Source: Selaginella moellendorffii
Lineage: Eukaryota; Plantae; Lycopodiophyta
Length of the DNA: 64,000 nucleotides
Assembly: GCF_000143415.4 (NCBI RefSeq)
Contig: NW_003314409.1
Span: 124,001-188,000, forward strand
Reading direction: 5' to 3'
This document shows positions 48,217-61,403 of this stretch, in pieces; position 1 is the stretch's first letter; each line of letters begins with the position of its first letter. Under the pieces are notes generated by a model that saw nothing but the letters and a program-made list of their open reading frames with translations, was not told the origin of the DNA and did no database searches. The translations under genes and the position numbers were made by a program.

Positions 48217-51200
48217 TCAACCGAGTTGAAAAGGCACGGCAGATTCTGGGCTGATTCTATTTACTCGAGTTGTGCCCAGTATGTATTCTGGCAGCTCGTC
48301 GTCGTCTTTGGCCTGGAAGAAATCAAGATAAAGTAATCTCCAAAACTTTGAAGAAACTTTGATAGCTTTGGTACCTCAACAACAATCGCAAGATCGACAA
48401 CTATTTTGGTGACATATCCCAGCACTAGCCCGATAACTCCTCGTGCCACGGAAGAGGATCCTATATCCACATCAACCTGAAAGAAGAAACGTTGTTTAGA
48501 TCGAAAAGAAATGCTCGAGCTTGCAAACGAACCTCCAAGTAATTGTCCTTCCTATAGTAATGGCAAGTTACTGCTCTTCCTAAAAGGCACGCCTTGGTGC
48601 CAACAGCTCGTCTTACGACCCAATATCCCTGCGAGAATCCAAACGAAACAATGCGAGTAAATCCTAGACTACAAACAAATTCATAGCATATAAAACTTAG
48701 CCTCACCTCCACGATGCTTGGAATGAGCTTGAACCGCGAGTTTCTAAACGAGTCATCCCCATTCGCAAACTTCTCAAGCAGTGAGCTTGGCCTAAGCGAG
48801 CGATCTGCTGCGTAGTAAAAGACCAAGCTGTAGTTTGGCTTCGCGGGTACCTTCGGTAGAAAAAGCAAGATCATTGAAGCAGATTTTCGCAAAACTTACC
48901 TGCAGGTTGACGATCAAAACAAATGGAAGTTTTTTGCCTGCTTCTGTCCGGACGATACTTTGTGGATGCCTCGCAACCAAGTCAATTCTGTGAGCGGATT
49001 TGTACCAGTCGACGGCTAGAAGCTTCAAGACTGGCTCTCCCCCAGGAATCTGACAAGGAAAGGCTAAGAACATTGTCACAGTGTTGAGAAAGAATGGTAC
49101 CTTCAGATTATCTCTCGTATATGTTCTACCCCGGACCATAAAACCTTTTCCACCGGGGTCCTCCCAACAGTTACAATCCTTGGACGGAGACGCAGGTTCT
49201 AGTGAGCCTTTGAATGCGTTTACATCCAGGTTGATTCGTGGCTCGTCGGCTAGTAGTGGATTTTCCAGTTGCGCTGGAGAGTTAAAAGAAAACCGTGCTA
49301 AATTTTTAAGACTCTAAAGATGTTTTACCTGCAGCAAGTGCCAGCATTGCGCTCCATGGGGCTCTGCTAAGTCTATGGCTCCCTCTCTGCAAAACATAGT
49401 TGTGAAAACGTGGTCTACGTAAAAGAAAGATGCCATACCTGAAACGGGATATTGCTAATCAGCCCTTCGGTGTCATCACCGGCATCTGGATCCTCGGAAA
49501 CAATCGCATCAATGAAATCTTCGGTAACTTCCGTGTCTGCAGCAGTTTCTAAAGGCTTGGCCGCTTCCTTTGGAACATTCAAAACAGAAATTCGATCTTC
49601 TAACAAGCTCAGCTCCGCTTCAGCCTTGAAAAACTCTCTCAAGCCTGTAGAGCAAAACGATCAACAAATGAGTACAAGCATTACCAAAAAGAACCTGCTG
49701 TGCGACAAAGCAATATATACGGCACGGTTTTCCGAAAAGAGGAGTAATCACTCTTTTTCCATTTGCCCCAGCTTTTCCTCCACCTCCCCCATCCTGTGGA
49801 TTCAATCTCCATAACCTGTGTTACTAAAGATCGAGAACCCGTGGTTCCTGACCTTGTCGGCAACGGGTTTATCTCCCAAATACCAGCTGCATGAGACCGG
49901 ACGTTAAACACTTTGACAAAGCAGCAAATACGACACTTACAGTTTAAAACAACACGACGTAATCCAGGTCTTTTCGGTCGATTTCTGTGAAGAGTGCTAA
50001 TTTGCGTGATAGCTGCAGCCAACCTTTGCATAAACTTCGGGTTATGTCCGTAGAAATGAACTTACAATAAGAGCCATCTTGATCACGGCGCCAATAACGC
50101 GAAATCAGAAAGTCCCGTCTTTTGTATTTTCTATACCAGCTCCAACTGCAAGAACTCCATTTGAATTGTAACTAGAGAAGTAGCAGGACTACTTACTTCT
50201 CGAAATATTTTGGATCGAAAGTCCCGTAGACTATGTCCGCATGCCCGTCGATGTGCTCAACAAGCTCCAAGTCTCCGGTTAGAACATCCCACCTGGATTA
50301 CGAAACCAAAAACACTGGCTCTTGTCAAACAAGCTACGAAACGAGAGGCAGAGTTCGATCGGAAGTACTGATGTCTTTGCGACTTGTCTAGGCTCATTAC
50401 AATCTCAAAAACTGCATCCGGCGACGCATCAACCACGCCGACGGATTTCATGATCGTGCCTCTATCAGCCTGTAAGCAAGCATCTAACATGAGCTGAAGG
50501 AAAGCTCTGATCTTAGCAAAGAAAACACACTTGAAGAGCAGCCACGTCCTCAAACATGCGCAAGCCTGTAATTACAGTAGCTAACACTCGCTCGTCAAAA
50601 ACGGAAAGTTTTGACAGACCATTTTGAGTTTGGAAGCACCTCCAGTCTGCTTGTTCAACGGCATCACCGTCACGCTTGTTGAAATAATCGTCAGTGTCAG
50701 CTTCCTGAATCATCGATGTTCGTGCCCTCATGAGCATTTCAGGCCCTGGAACCTTCCGTCAACTGCATCTATCTCCCTCAGATCTGTGTAAGTTTCGTTA
50801 CCTTTTCCAATGGTAATAAGTCTGCTCAACCGCGACTTTGATCGCATCCGAGGCAAAGTCTGTTTACTCCTGCCAATGCTCCAGATCAGACACACGGCGG
50901 CTGGAAAAACTGGCACTTACTCCTCCTCAGTGAGCGAGGGAGCGCGGGCTGATGTTTTTCTAGCTTCAAGTTCGGCCTAGAAAGGAGAAAAGATCAGCCG
51001 AGTTACAACTAAAGTCAAGGAAGTCACCTCGTCTTTCGCATGGCGAAACGCGGACATCCATTTCTCTATCTCTTCGGCACTGGAGCACGCAAACTGCGCA
51101 CACATTCTCGATCACTACCACCACTGGCCTGAGAAAACCACTACAGTACCTGTACATGCTTGCTGTGATCTCGTTTACTGTGGATCTTCATTCCATAAAG

Positions 51201-51559
51201 TACCTGACGAACACGATCACTGTGAAGTTTCTGAAATGGAGCTAGCTACTTCTTTTCCTGTAACACGCACCCTGCCGTAGACGATCTGGCGGCCAATCTC
51301 CGCGACCATCAAGTTGTGTCTAACAATCCCCTTCTTCATCGGTTGCTGCATCGATCGAGAAAAAAATTGTGAGCTTCATTCATGGTAATGGCAGGAGACT
51401 AAAAAAATTTACCAGGCCGGGCTCTTCCTGTGGATCTCGCTTATACATATCCACGCATCTCCCTTTGATCACCAGGTATCGAGCGTGACAGTACTGGAGG
51501 TCCTTGGAATTGATTCCAACATGGTAGACCCATCCGGCATAAGCTTGTGCTTGGGCCAT
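48217..51559 (-). CDS. EDR2-like PH-START-DUF1336 protein (many exons; start uncertain)
   Basis: PH YAGWVYHVG, START MKSVGVVDASPDAVFE, DUF1336 RNSRFKLIP, VGTKACLLGRA, DIGSSSVA, ELPEYILG. Confidence 0.9.
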
Positions 51560-51901
51560 TCTCCGCGCGTAGCCGATTTCCTTTCTCTGCCATCACAGCC
51601 AAACTAAGACTTGCGAAGCTAAACAAATGATCGAATGGCTTCCAGCTGGAATCGCCTGTAAACTAAAGAAATATTTTCTAGCTCGTCGTGAAATGCGTGC
51701 GAGACAACGTGATCGCAAGGGGGCCGCATTGCCATAGATCGAGAAAATAGGCTTACCGCGATTGCTAAGCGATCGCATTGAGAAGGTGAAGAGACGTGGT
51801 CGCCATAGCCAGCGATTAGGGCTCCGAGCTCATGGACATAACGGCAGTTGCCTTTACCCCAGTTTAACCGGCCTTAAAGCCCGCTTATAGGGGGGGAAAT
51901 A

Positions 51902-52011
51902 TTTCTAGGGCTCTTGATGGATCCAATTCTCGGCGCTTCGGGGGCCCCGCGCGCGGATCTCCAGCGCCGAAGCTCCTTGCCGGAGATGTATGGGAAAATG
52001 AGCGATGTCAG
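51902..52011 (+). pseudogene. Deletion-riddled relic of the 5' end of the PPR gene at 61404
   Basis: Collinear blocks TTCTAGGGCTCTTGATGGA, TTCTCGGC, CGGATCT, CCAGCGCCGA, AAGCTCCT, GGAGATGTATGG, GCGATG match 61390-61593. Confidence 0.75.
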
Positions 52012-54299
52012 CTGGGCATATTCACGGTTACACTTGGAAGTTTTCCATGAGCAATTTTGGTGAGATTGAGCATTTTCCATGTGATCTTGAGTGTGAGATT
52101 GAGGTTGCGAAATTCCCTTACTCCGAACAATACTAGCCTGGTTGGATCTGTCCCATTTTATAGATATCTTTATTGAGAAATTAGGAAGTGCATTCAAGAT
52201 TTAAGCTGGTTTCTGCCAACCCCATAAAAACCACGTAAAAATCAATATCAATGTCCAAGACTTAAAAGCTGGTTTCTAGGTGTTGCAGAGAACCACGTGG
52301 AAGTCTGTTCCAAAAATTATTAACATGGGAGAGATTGCCACCATGTAAGCATTTGAAAAAGCTCCAAAGTTAAAATAGTGAAGAAATTTATACCATCTAT
52401 CATTATGCTTACAGGATTGTTCTTACATGCTTCTAGCAAGATGCTCGGCATTTAAGTCGATTCTCCCTGTTAGAAATAAAGAAGATCACTAGTGGGATAT
52501 CCTATCTCATCAATTCCCTTAAAAAGCTCTCATTTTACTCTTCAGGTAGTGCTTTGGTTCCCCTTAAACCCTATAGCATTAATGCTACCTAGCTGACTCA
52601 AGACCAATCTATTGCTTTATCATCTAAATTCATGCAATATAAGTAGAAACAGATTTTCAAAACCATCATTGTGGTGTCCGGGGCTAATAGTTATGGAACA
52701 ATGTTAGTAATTTCAAACTCTTTGGAATTGATTATGTCTCATGGTAAGAAATGTTACAATGTTATATCAAACATTGGAATGTTTCAGTTCCCCTTCACAG
52801 TCATAATCTCATAATGTATATAGAAAGTGTCTTTTTAATCCATGATTGGTATTTCAAGCTTAGAAGATTGTTTGCCTTTTGAGACAAGTGTCATCAGTGG
52901 CTTTATCTTGATGAACCATATGTGTTACAATCAAAGAATGGACGTTATCAAGCTATGATTGCAACTTTGTTCTATATGACTAAATGAAAGAAAAGAGAAA
53001 TTCTCAACTCAGAAAGGTGTGGGACTTGTTCTTGGTGTGTATATACAACCTCCATGCCCACTCACTATAGGCCTTGATGGAAATGTAAAGATTGGTCATT
53101 ATGTTTTTTGGGATACTGTTGCAAAGTATGAAGGTTGTAAAAACCAACCTGATTGCATAATAAAAGTTGGACTCTCGATATAAGATGATGGCTATATTGT
53201 AGTATCTAATAATTTTATTCCATACCTATTTAAAATAATTTTCTGTGTGTTGCATTGGTTTTCTTAATAGAATTAATCTAATTAATCAATTAAAATGTTA
53301 TAATTATAAACATATTCAGAAATTATAAACACAAGATTAATATTATTATATATAAACCATTAGATGGTAGAATAAACTAAAATATACTAAAAAGTGCTTA
53401 GGAAAGTTAGACATGTTTATAGATTATAAATACTAGATTAATCTCAATAAGAAACATTCTTTAGATCGTAGAATATCCCAAAATATCCAAGCATAATCTA
53501 GGTATATTTACTATCACCCCAATACTCTTACAAGTTTGCTTAAGCAAACCAAAAACTAATTTCTTAAACTGCTAAAATAAAATTTGAAAACTATAATTAT
53601 ATGTAATTATTTAATGCTAATTATTAAAGCTTTGGTGCACATTTCATACATCTTTGCTTAATAGGAGTGTCATTCCTATTTAGTGTTATTGAATAATCCA
53701 ATTGATCAATTGGATTGTTTATAATTTTTAAATCTAGATTAATTTTATTATCAACATTAAATGGTAAAATAAGTAAGAATATACTGAGAAGTTTCTAGAA
53801 AATTTAATAAGTTATAAATAAAACATTAATCTAAATTAATGACAACCATTAAATGGTAAAATATCCTAGAATATCTAGGCATATTCTTTGTATAGGTTTG
53901 CTTAAGCAAACCAACAAGATCTTCTTTATTTGTCCTGTGGAGAAAGCGTGTTTAAGCTCATAAAAAGGGGGAATCAATTAAATAAGAAGAGAAAGAGAAA
54001 ATAATGAAAAGAAGAAGAAAGGTCATAAGCACTTAAAGGAGCTAATAATAATGTAAGTTTTCCTATAATCATAAGCAGTGTACCTTTTGGTCTTGGGAGC
54101 ATCCATGAGTAGAGTTTCATGGGTGCTGTAATCCCCACTGTTGCATATAGGAGTTGAGTATGGTGGTGTAGGGTCTTGAGTCACAATAGATGGTACTCCA
54201 ATTTTTAATGAAGTGTGGTTATCATTTTTTTTATATAGAACAGGAGATCCCATTATTTACACTATGGTTTGGTCAAGTCTTGTTACATTTAACAACGTA

Positions 54300-54800
54300 T
54301 TCTACATTGCTAGACAAAGTTTATCATTGGCATAAAAGAGCATATATAGACACATTCTTGATAATTTACAGTACTTGCTTATACAACATAATTGAAATCC
54401 AAGTGTCCACACCTCTCATTGTAGCTATTATAGAGCTATACTAACTCTGATTGCAATTTCAAGGCTGTCCACTTTCCCCAAAGTTGTTTGCTATTTATAT
54501 TGATGCATTAAAGACAATGATTACATGCAAGACAGCACTTGATAGCTAGAAAACCAAGAAAGATAACCTAATTATGTTTGAATCTCAATAATGTGTAAAA
54601 AATGAGCAATTGATCTACATAAGAGTACTATTTGGGAAAACCAATTGCATGGAGATCATGGGTTTTTATCCAATGAGAGCTTGGAGGCAAGCAAAGATCT
54701 TCACAAATATGCTTGAAACAACCAATATATTATGGTATTTGGCCAAGTATATACAAATATCTAGGGTATTTCATCCACAAAAATAAATGGCTACAGCAAG
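54300..54800 (+). pseudogene. Non-LTR (LINE) reverse transcriptase relic
   Basis: QGCPLSPKLFAIYIDAL at 54460, KDNLIMF (decayed ADD region, ~54560), YKYLG at 54752, in the expected order. Confidence 0.75.
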
Positions 54801-57800
54801 AAGTGCATACTTTGCACTTCAATCAACTCTCCATATTATAAAGCTAAATGGCAATTTTTCTTGATAAAGGCTCCATGTATGCATCAGAAGTTACTGATCC
54901 AGGTAACTAATGCTAAAGAAATAGCAAAGCTACAATACCAATTAATTTGTTGTGAGCTGTAAAATGTAAGATTTTGTGAGCTGTAAGATTTTATCACCAG
55001 TTCCATATATATGACTCCTTCTGCAAAGGTGTAATCTTCCTCCAATGAAGCCCTTACCTTTTCTCTACCACTTAAGCCCAACTTATTACCAAGGAAGTAC
55101 CAACCACATGGCATTTTACAGTCATAAGTGGAGTTTCACTAAAATACATATCTAGGGTATGGTGGAGATATGGTGTTAGCTATGGTGGGTGGAGGTGAAA
55201 TAGTCATGATGTTCAATAGATTTGGGTTTCTTAGGATTTTACCCCTGTCTAGCCCTTTATCCAAGCACAAAAAAGGGTAAAACAAGAGTTTTTATTTTTT
55301 ATTTTTTACCTCAATGAATCTTGACATGTCTCACAATGGCAAGAAGGGGCCATAATAAGGTTTTTTTAATATTTCCAACTTACTGCATAAGCTCTTCTTT
55401 ACTTGCCTCTCCCCCACCTCCTAGATGGGTGGCATAAAGGAAACTTTGGTTCCTATTGAGTATGGGATATATCATCAACAAAATTCTCCTTTGGCATTAG
55501 CAGTTACATATCTCACCTTTGTGATTTGATTGTTTGCTAATTCCAACCTTGACATGCTATAAGAAAAAAGGATAGAATCTATGAATGAGTCTAATTATTT
55601 TCTCAATTCCTATTTTAGTTCTTTGCTTAGAAAGCCTCCATTCGTTTTTTTTTTTTCCTTTAAGATTTAATTGATCTGTTTCTCCTTCTCTTTTCTCTCA
55701 AGACAAAGAAAGTGTCCCTTACTGTACCTAGTGTTTTCAAATTGAGAGCTGTGCCAAGTTATATCCATCTAACAAAACCTAAACCATACAGATATAATGA
55801 GAGATGCAAATTGACAATGAGTGGGATAATTTGAATTGTTAACCAAGAGGGTTGAAGTTTTAAGGGTGGGTTACTAGTTGCCAAATCTTACACATATTGT
55901 CCCACATTAGTAATATAAACAAAGTGACAACATAAATCCTACATAAATGCAATGTATGTCCATGCCTAATCACTATAGGTCTTAATGGAAACATAAAGAT
56001 TAGTGATTATATTCTTAGGGCCCCCATATGGCCATCAAGTTCTGCTCCATTATCTTCATATGTTCAAAAGTTATGTTCTGCTCTATAGTTACCATATGGT
56101 AAATTACTATAGGGTAAGAGGTGAAAATCACATGTGCAAGGTGGGTGGACCCCACTTTTGGTGGGTGTAAGTTGGGATATATTTTTGGGGTACTTATAAA
56201 AGGGAATATGATTGCATAATAACTATTGGCCTCTCATAAAAGATGATGGTTATATTACATACTTCAATCTTATTAATTTCAATGAATTACAAAAAAAACT
56301 AATTCTTGAAGCTATTGTAACACTTTTATGTACTTTACTTAGAGGGTAAATTTTTGAATTTTTTAGTGTCTAACTTCAGCCATTTAATATAGATATACTT
56401 GCCTCATTCAAAAGAAACATTCTACTATTGTTTTGGTATAAAAGAAGATCTATATGGCTAGTGGGAACTCAAAGTTAATAGAAGGCATGTGATAATAACT
56501 CATAAGCTGAGAGTTCACCTAAACATCATAGTATCATTATACATTTAATTGGGCACTATAGAGAGATTTTATTATTATTATTATAGTATTTACAAAGGCT
56601 CCACAACTGAAATATACAAACACAGCATAAAACAAAGTTTTGAGTATTAGATTCCAGGACATGGCATCATGACAAGCTCAACATGAAAATACATATATGT
56701 ATATTGTTCATTTGGCATAAGGCAAACTCTTAGTTCTTGGACAGCTAAATATGGTGGGATCCTGAAAGCATTATTGTTAAAAGCCAAGGATTTACATAGT
56801 GAAAAAATATATAATAAATGTGGATCAACAATTATAAAATAGAATTTTATTTATGGAAAAAAATTTGATTTTACATAAGAGGTTTGTATGCATTCGATAT
56901 GCTGAAAGATTCTCCCAATTAAAAACAATGAAGATTACTATTGCTATTTCCTAACTCATTCAATCATTTCAAAAGCACCCTTATTATTCTGTAGGAGGTA
57001 GCTTTACATATAATCTTGTAGTCACATATAAGTATAGTGCCATTATACGGCTTTGGTTTTTCAGCAGAGATTACAACTTTAGAGCCAACACTTGTTTAAT
57101 AGCTCCTAACCCCAATAGTATCTTGTCTTCTAATATCATGCAATATGAGTATAAACATATCTATGAAACTATCATTATAGAGTCTGAAGTATTTAGAACA
57201 ATGTCAGTTATATCCAAACTTTTGGATATTGATTATGTTTCATGGCCTGCCAAGAATGGTCACAATGAATTAAAAGCTAGTGACAGGAAGAAGTGTTCAT
57301 ATTCATATTTTGCCTATTCAAGTGCTTGGAAAAAGCTCAAAAGTGTTCCTCATCAAGATCTAGTGCTAGTGTTGGGAGCTTTGCCACATCTAGTTAGAGC
57401 ATGAAAGTGAGTGGGAAATTCCTTGAATATCCCAAGATCCATGTATAAAGCTTACCAAGATTTAGGGCTTTGGAGCACAGAGTTTGGATAGCCTTTGTTT
57501 ACATTATTGGGTTATCTTGTAGGCAATGACTTTTCCTTGGCCTGAGCTGGTTCCTTGGTGCCATCTAGTGCCTCTACAGCAATGAGCTTCTTCCTCTAAA
57601 CCCTATCGAAATCATTGAGATAACTTTCTTCTTGCCAAAACTCAACAAAGATGGCATTGACTAAAATAGAAAACTTTGGTACTAATTTTGAGATGTCTGG
57701 AGCAAGCTATTGTCAGCTAGGGGTTGTTCCTAAATGCACTGTGTCCTCAATGCTTGCTGCTCCAGATGCAAAGGATGGACTCCACATTTGGAGTGGAAGT

Positions 57801-58338
57801 CGAAGTCCACATAAGTTGAAATGCTATCAGCCTGGATCAAGATGTCTCAAGAAACTCCTAGAAGCACCACTATATTGTTTGTGAAGTTTTGAGTAGTATA
57901 TTCGTGTTCTTTGAAGGAGAAAAGTGCAAAGCCTCTAATAGGTGAGAATAAATCATGTTAGTTGAAGATTTCAGTCCTTTGCTAGTATGACGTCCACCAA
58001 TCAAAACATTTGCAATAAATGGGGAGGATTTTAAGTTCATGACTTGGATTGAATGTGGGCTTTGTACAGGAGCCCTTTGCCACTAAACTTTTCTTTGTTC
58101 TTATCCTTTAAACTAGAGGATATTTAAGCTAAATACAATTTCATAAAATATGTGTTTTGTAACAAATATTTAATCTAAAGCTAATGATATTTTTGAGAGT
58201 TTTAAATAAAATATAATGTATTTTGAGATTAATCTTGTAATTATTATTACAATGTTTTTGTTAATATAGTTCATTTATACAAGTGAATGCTTTGTCACAG
58301 CTCATGAAAATCTTAGAAACATATAGTATGTACACATT

Positions 58339-58344
<6 letters not shown>

Positions 58345-58376
<32 letters not shown>
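58345..58376. repeat. (AT)n microsatellite
   Basis: Directly visible. Confidence 0.95.
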
Positions 58377-58387
<11 letters not shown>

Positions 58388-61163
58388 AATAATAGATTCT
58401 CATATCAATAATTTTTCTATCACACTCAAACACTTTTAAAGACTGATTTCTATCTGATACATCATAGTTGGATTAAGATGATAAATTATACCAATATTCA
58501 AACATATATTAAGTATCTTGGTTTACTTATTTACTTAAATATTAATTACTTTATTTTAAAAGATATGAATTATTATAAATGAATTCTTATGTTTAATGAG
58601 TGACTTAAATATTGTGAAAAGTAGTCAAAATATAATATTATATCAAAAGTTGAAGTATCTCTCTTGGTCAGGGATTGACAAGGCATGGGGCAAAAGCAAC
58701 AACTTAAAAATGCCTTGACACATATGCACCTGCTGCTCTTGTTGGAGAAGCATTTTGTATTCCTTGAATTTCGCTAATGCTAATTCTATGGGTGAAGTCA
58801 TCTACTCGGCTGCTAGTTAGGGTTTGACAAGCTAGCAGTCCAACAATGCTCTAAGAGGCTCCTCACTGAAAGAAACTCCCAGCTCCCAAAATATCTCCAT
58901 CTCAAGCTCAGGAGGAGCAATAGCTCAAATTGGTTGAGGAGCTCTAAGACTTGAGACTCCTAGCAAAGACATCCTCCTCATCATCCACACTAGTGTGATG
59001 AATATTGCTTGAACACTCTTGATACAACATGCTATTGGCATCTCCACTCGGAGCTGTGTCCTCCTCAACAGCAGCTCGTCTAGAGGCAGCTGTTTGCTGA
59101 TCACTCTGCTCTGGCACCATCCTCATTTGGGAGATTCTCCAGCAATGAGCCATCGAAGTAGCACCAGCTTGTCAACAAATATCATCTCTCTAGAGCTTGC
59201 CCAAAGAGCCAGTCTCACCATCTCACCATATCTCCCCAAGTCATGCTCAAACGTTTGCAAATCACATTATTAACCCAGCTTGCATTTGCTACGATATCCA
59301 TGTTTCTAAACATGGCATCTCATTAGAATCTCATCATTGTCAATTATTCAGCACTTGGAGCTCCCTCCCTTAATGAGTCTCTGATCCTTGGCCGGCCATG
59401 CCACGCAGCAGCTCATTGTCACAGAGTATGGAGAGTGGGATATATGATGATCGGTGAAGGAGAGAACATGTGCAAGATCTCAAACAGCAGCAACCAGTCC
59501 CCATGGGGGACTTATTTGTGTGAGTCTTCTTCCACCAGTGACACAACAGCAGCAGCAAAAGAACCTTTCGACCTTGAGGAGTATGAGGCTGACAATCCAC
59601 TTGACATCATCTTCTGCCTGATGATCACTCTTGCTCCTTTTGACTGGACTCTGTTGCCATGGGATCTTCCTTCAGCTCAGGAGACTCTCAAGAACCTCTT
59701 CACAGGTCGTGAACAGAGTACACAAGCTTCAATTCCAATGCTAGACCACATGCCCAAGAATGGTGACACTTTTCCAGCAAAGGATATAACAAGTTTAGGC
59801 TCTTACTTGAGACCCAGGCTTCCCATGACAATACAGCCTCACCTATAGGCTCTCATGAGCTTTGGACAAGGAGCCACATTCAAGCTTTCTAGTGGAAAAG
59901 CTTGGAGACAACAGCAACAACATTATCACTGCTACATCCTCTCTTGGAGCAGATTCTAGTGACTCAACAAAGCAGGAGAAGGACGCAAGAACAAAACTAT
60001 GTCCAGTAGAGGCATTTCTTTTGGCAGGAGAACAAGAATCACTTGCAGCCAACACATGCCCAACCATATCACTTGTAGCTGATGGAGAATGAGCCCGTGC
60101 AGTGTAGTTCAAGCTCCCCTCTTGGGACAGATGTCCACCATCATGTCTGCTCTTGTGTACTAATGTGTGATCAGCTAACAAATCTACATACTTTACCAAG
60201 GATCTCTACAAACTTAGGCAACGACCTTGCTGCTACTCAAGGCAACATTTTGACTCCATTCTTTCCCATTTCTTTGTCTTGGTTTCCATCACTTTTCTTT
60301 GTCTTTCTTCATTGATTTCTCATTGTTTCTTCACTTTCAGTTATTAACACATGGCATCCAGCTGTGCAACAGAGTGGTTGCCTGTTGTCAAAATAGCTAG
60401 ATCCCAGGAATTTTTTTATCCTTATAATATTCCTTCTCCTTATAAGAGCACCCAGAGAAAAGAAGGATCACCATTTCATGCAAAGGGGAGGGTTGAGGCT
60501 AGAGCCCCAACAAGCCAGTGGCTTTTGGATCTCAACAAACAGCTAGGTCAGGTTAGGTTCCAAAGAGCATCCATCACATGAGAAGCAAATCAAAGCAAGG
60601 TCATTTATGTGAGTCCAACACAACACTAATGATGTCAAGAACTTTAATAGAAGATATATTGCTAGAAGAAAATGTGAATTTGCAAGAAAAAACGGAAAAG
60701 GGGGAAAGCTGCAAACTTATTTGTTTATTTGTTTTTTTTCAACAAACTCACTTATTGGCCCTGACTAATAATAAAAAATTTCCATAGATTATATCTAAAT
60801 CAGATATTGTAATCAACCAAAAGGGAATTATTCAAGAAACAATCCATAATGAAAAAAAGGAACCATTTAAGAGACAATTCATAATGAACAAAAATGAAGT
60901 ATAAAGACGAAAGAAAGTTGCATATTTTTATTTTGCAAGAACAGATTAGTCACTTCTTTTAAAAAGTTTTGGAATATTTAAGATTAAATATCTGATTAAG
61001 GGTTCTTAAGCTACTGAGTTAAGTGACATTCTAGAAAATCTAAATTTAAAATGATATTAAAAGGATCTCATAGTAAATTTAAATTTAAAAGCTTACATTT
61101 AATCAAAAAGTACTTAACAAATGTAAGTAAATGGCTTGCTTGGAATGTGGCATAATAATCCTT

Positions 61164-61290
61164 AAACAACATCTCAAGCATGCAGAGTGTTTAGGAAAAA
61201 CCTACTGGACCAGTGGGAAAGGTGCCAGTGCTCTTTTCTAAACATCTCAAGCATGCAGAGTGCTCTTTCTTAAACATCTCAAGCATGAAG
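61164..61290 (+). repeat. Three copies of AACATCTCAAGCATG(CAGAGTG) upstream of the PPR gene
   Basis: Directly visible at ~61167, ~61241 and ~61273. Confidence 0.85.
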
Positions 61291-61403
61291 ACCGATTTCA
61301 TGATTGTGCTTACAATCGTCTAGAAGAAAGCTTTGATCTTAACAAAGGAAACGCAAACTTGCCCGACTAACTTTTGTTTCCCGCGCTTGTTCTAGGGCTC
61401 TTG

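Larger units (their letters stand above)
52100..61300. other. AT-rich, CpG-poor island of decayed TE-derived sequence
   Basis: Sharp compositional change from flanking genes; only short broken ORFs; contains LINE and LTR relics. Confidence 0.75.

Noticed and set aside
52100-61300. Horizontally acquired or organellar island
   Set aside because: LINE and LTR relics plus CpG depletion explain the low GC as methylation-driven TE decay; no foreign gene was recognised.
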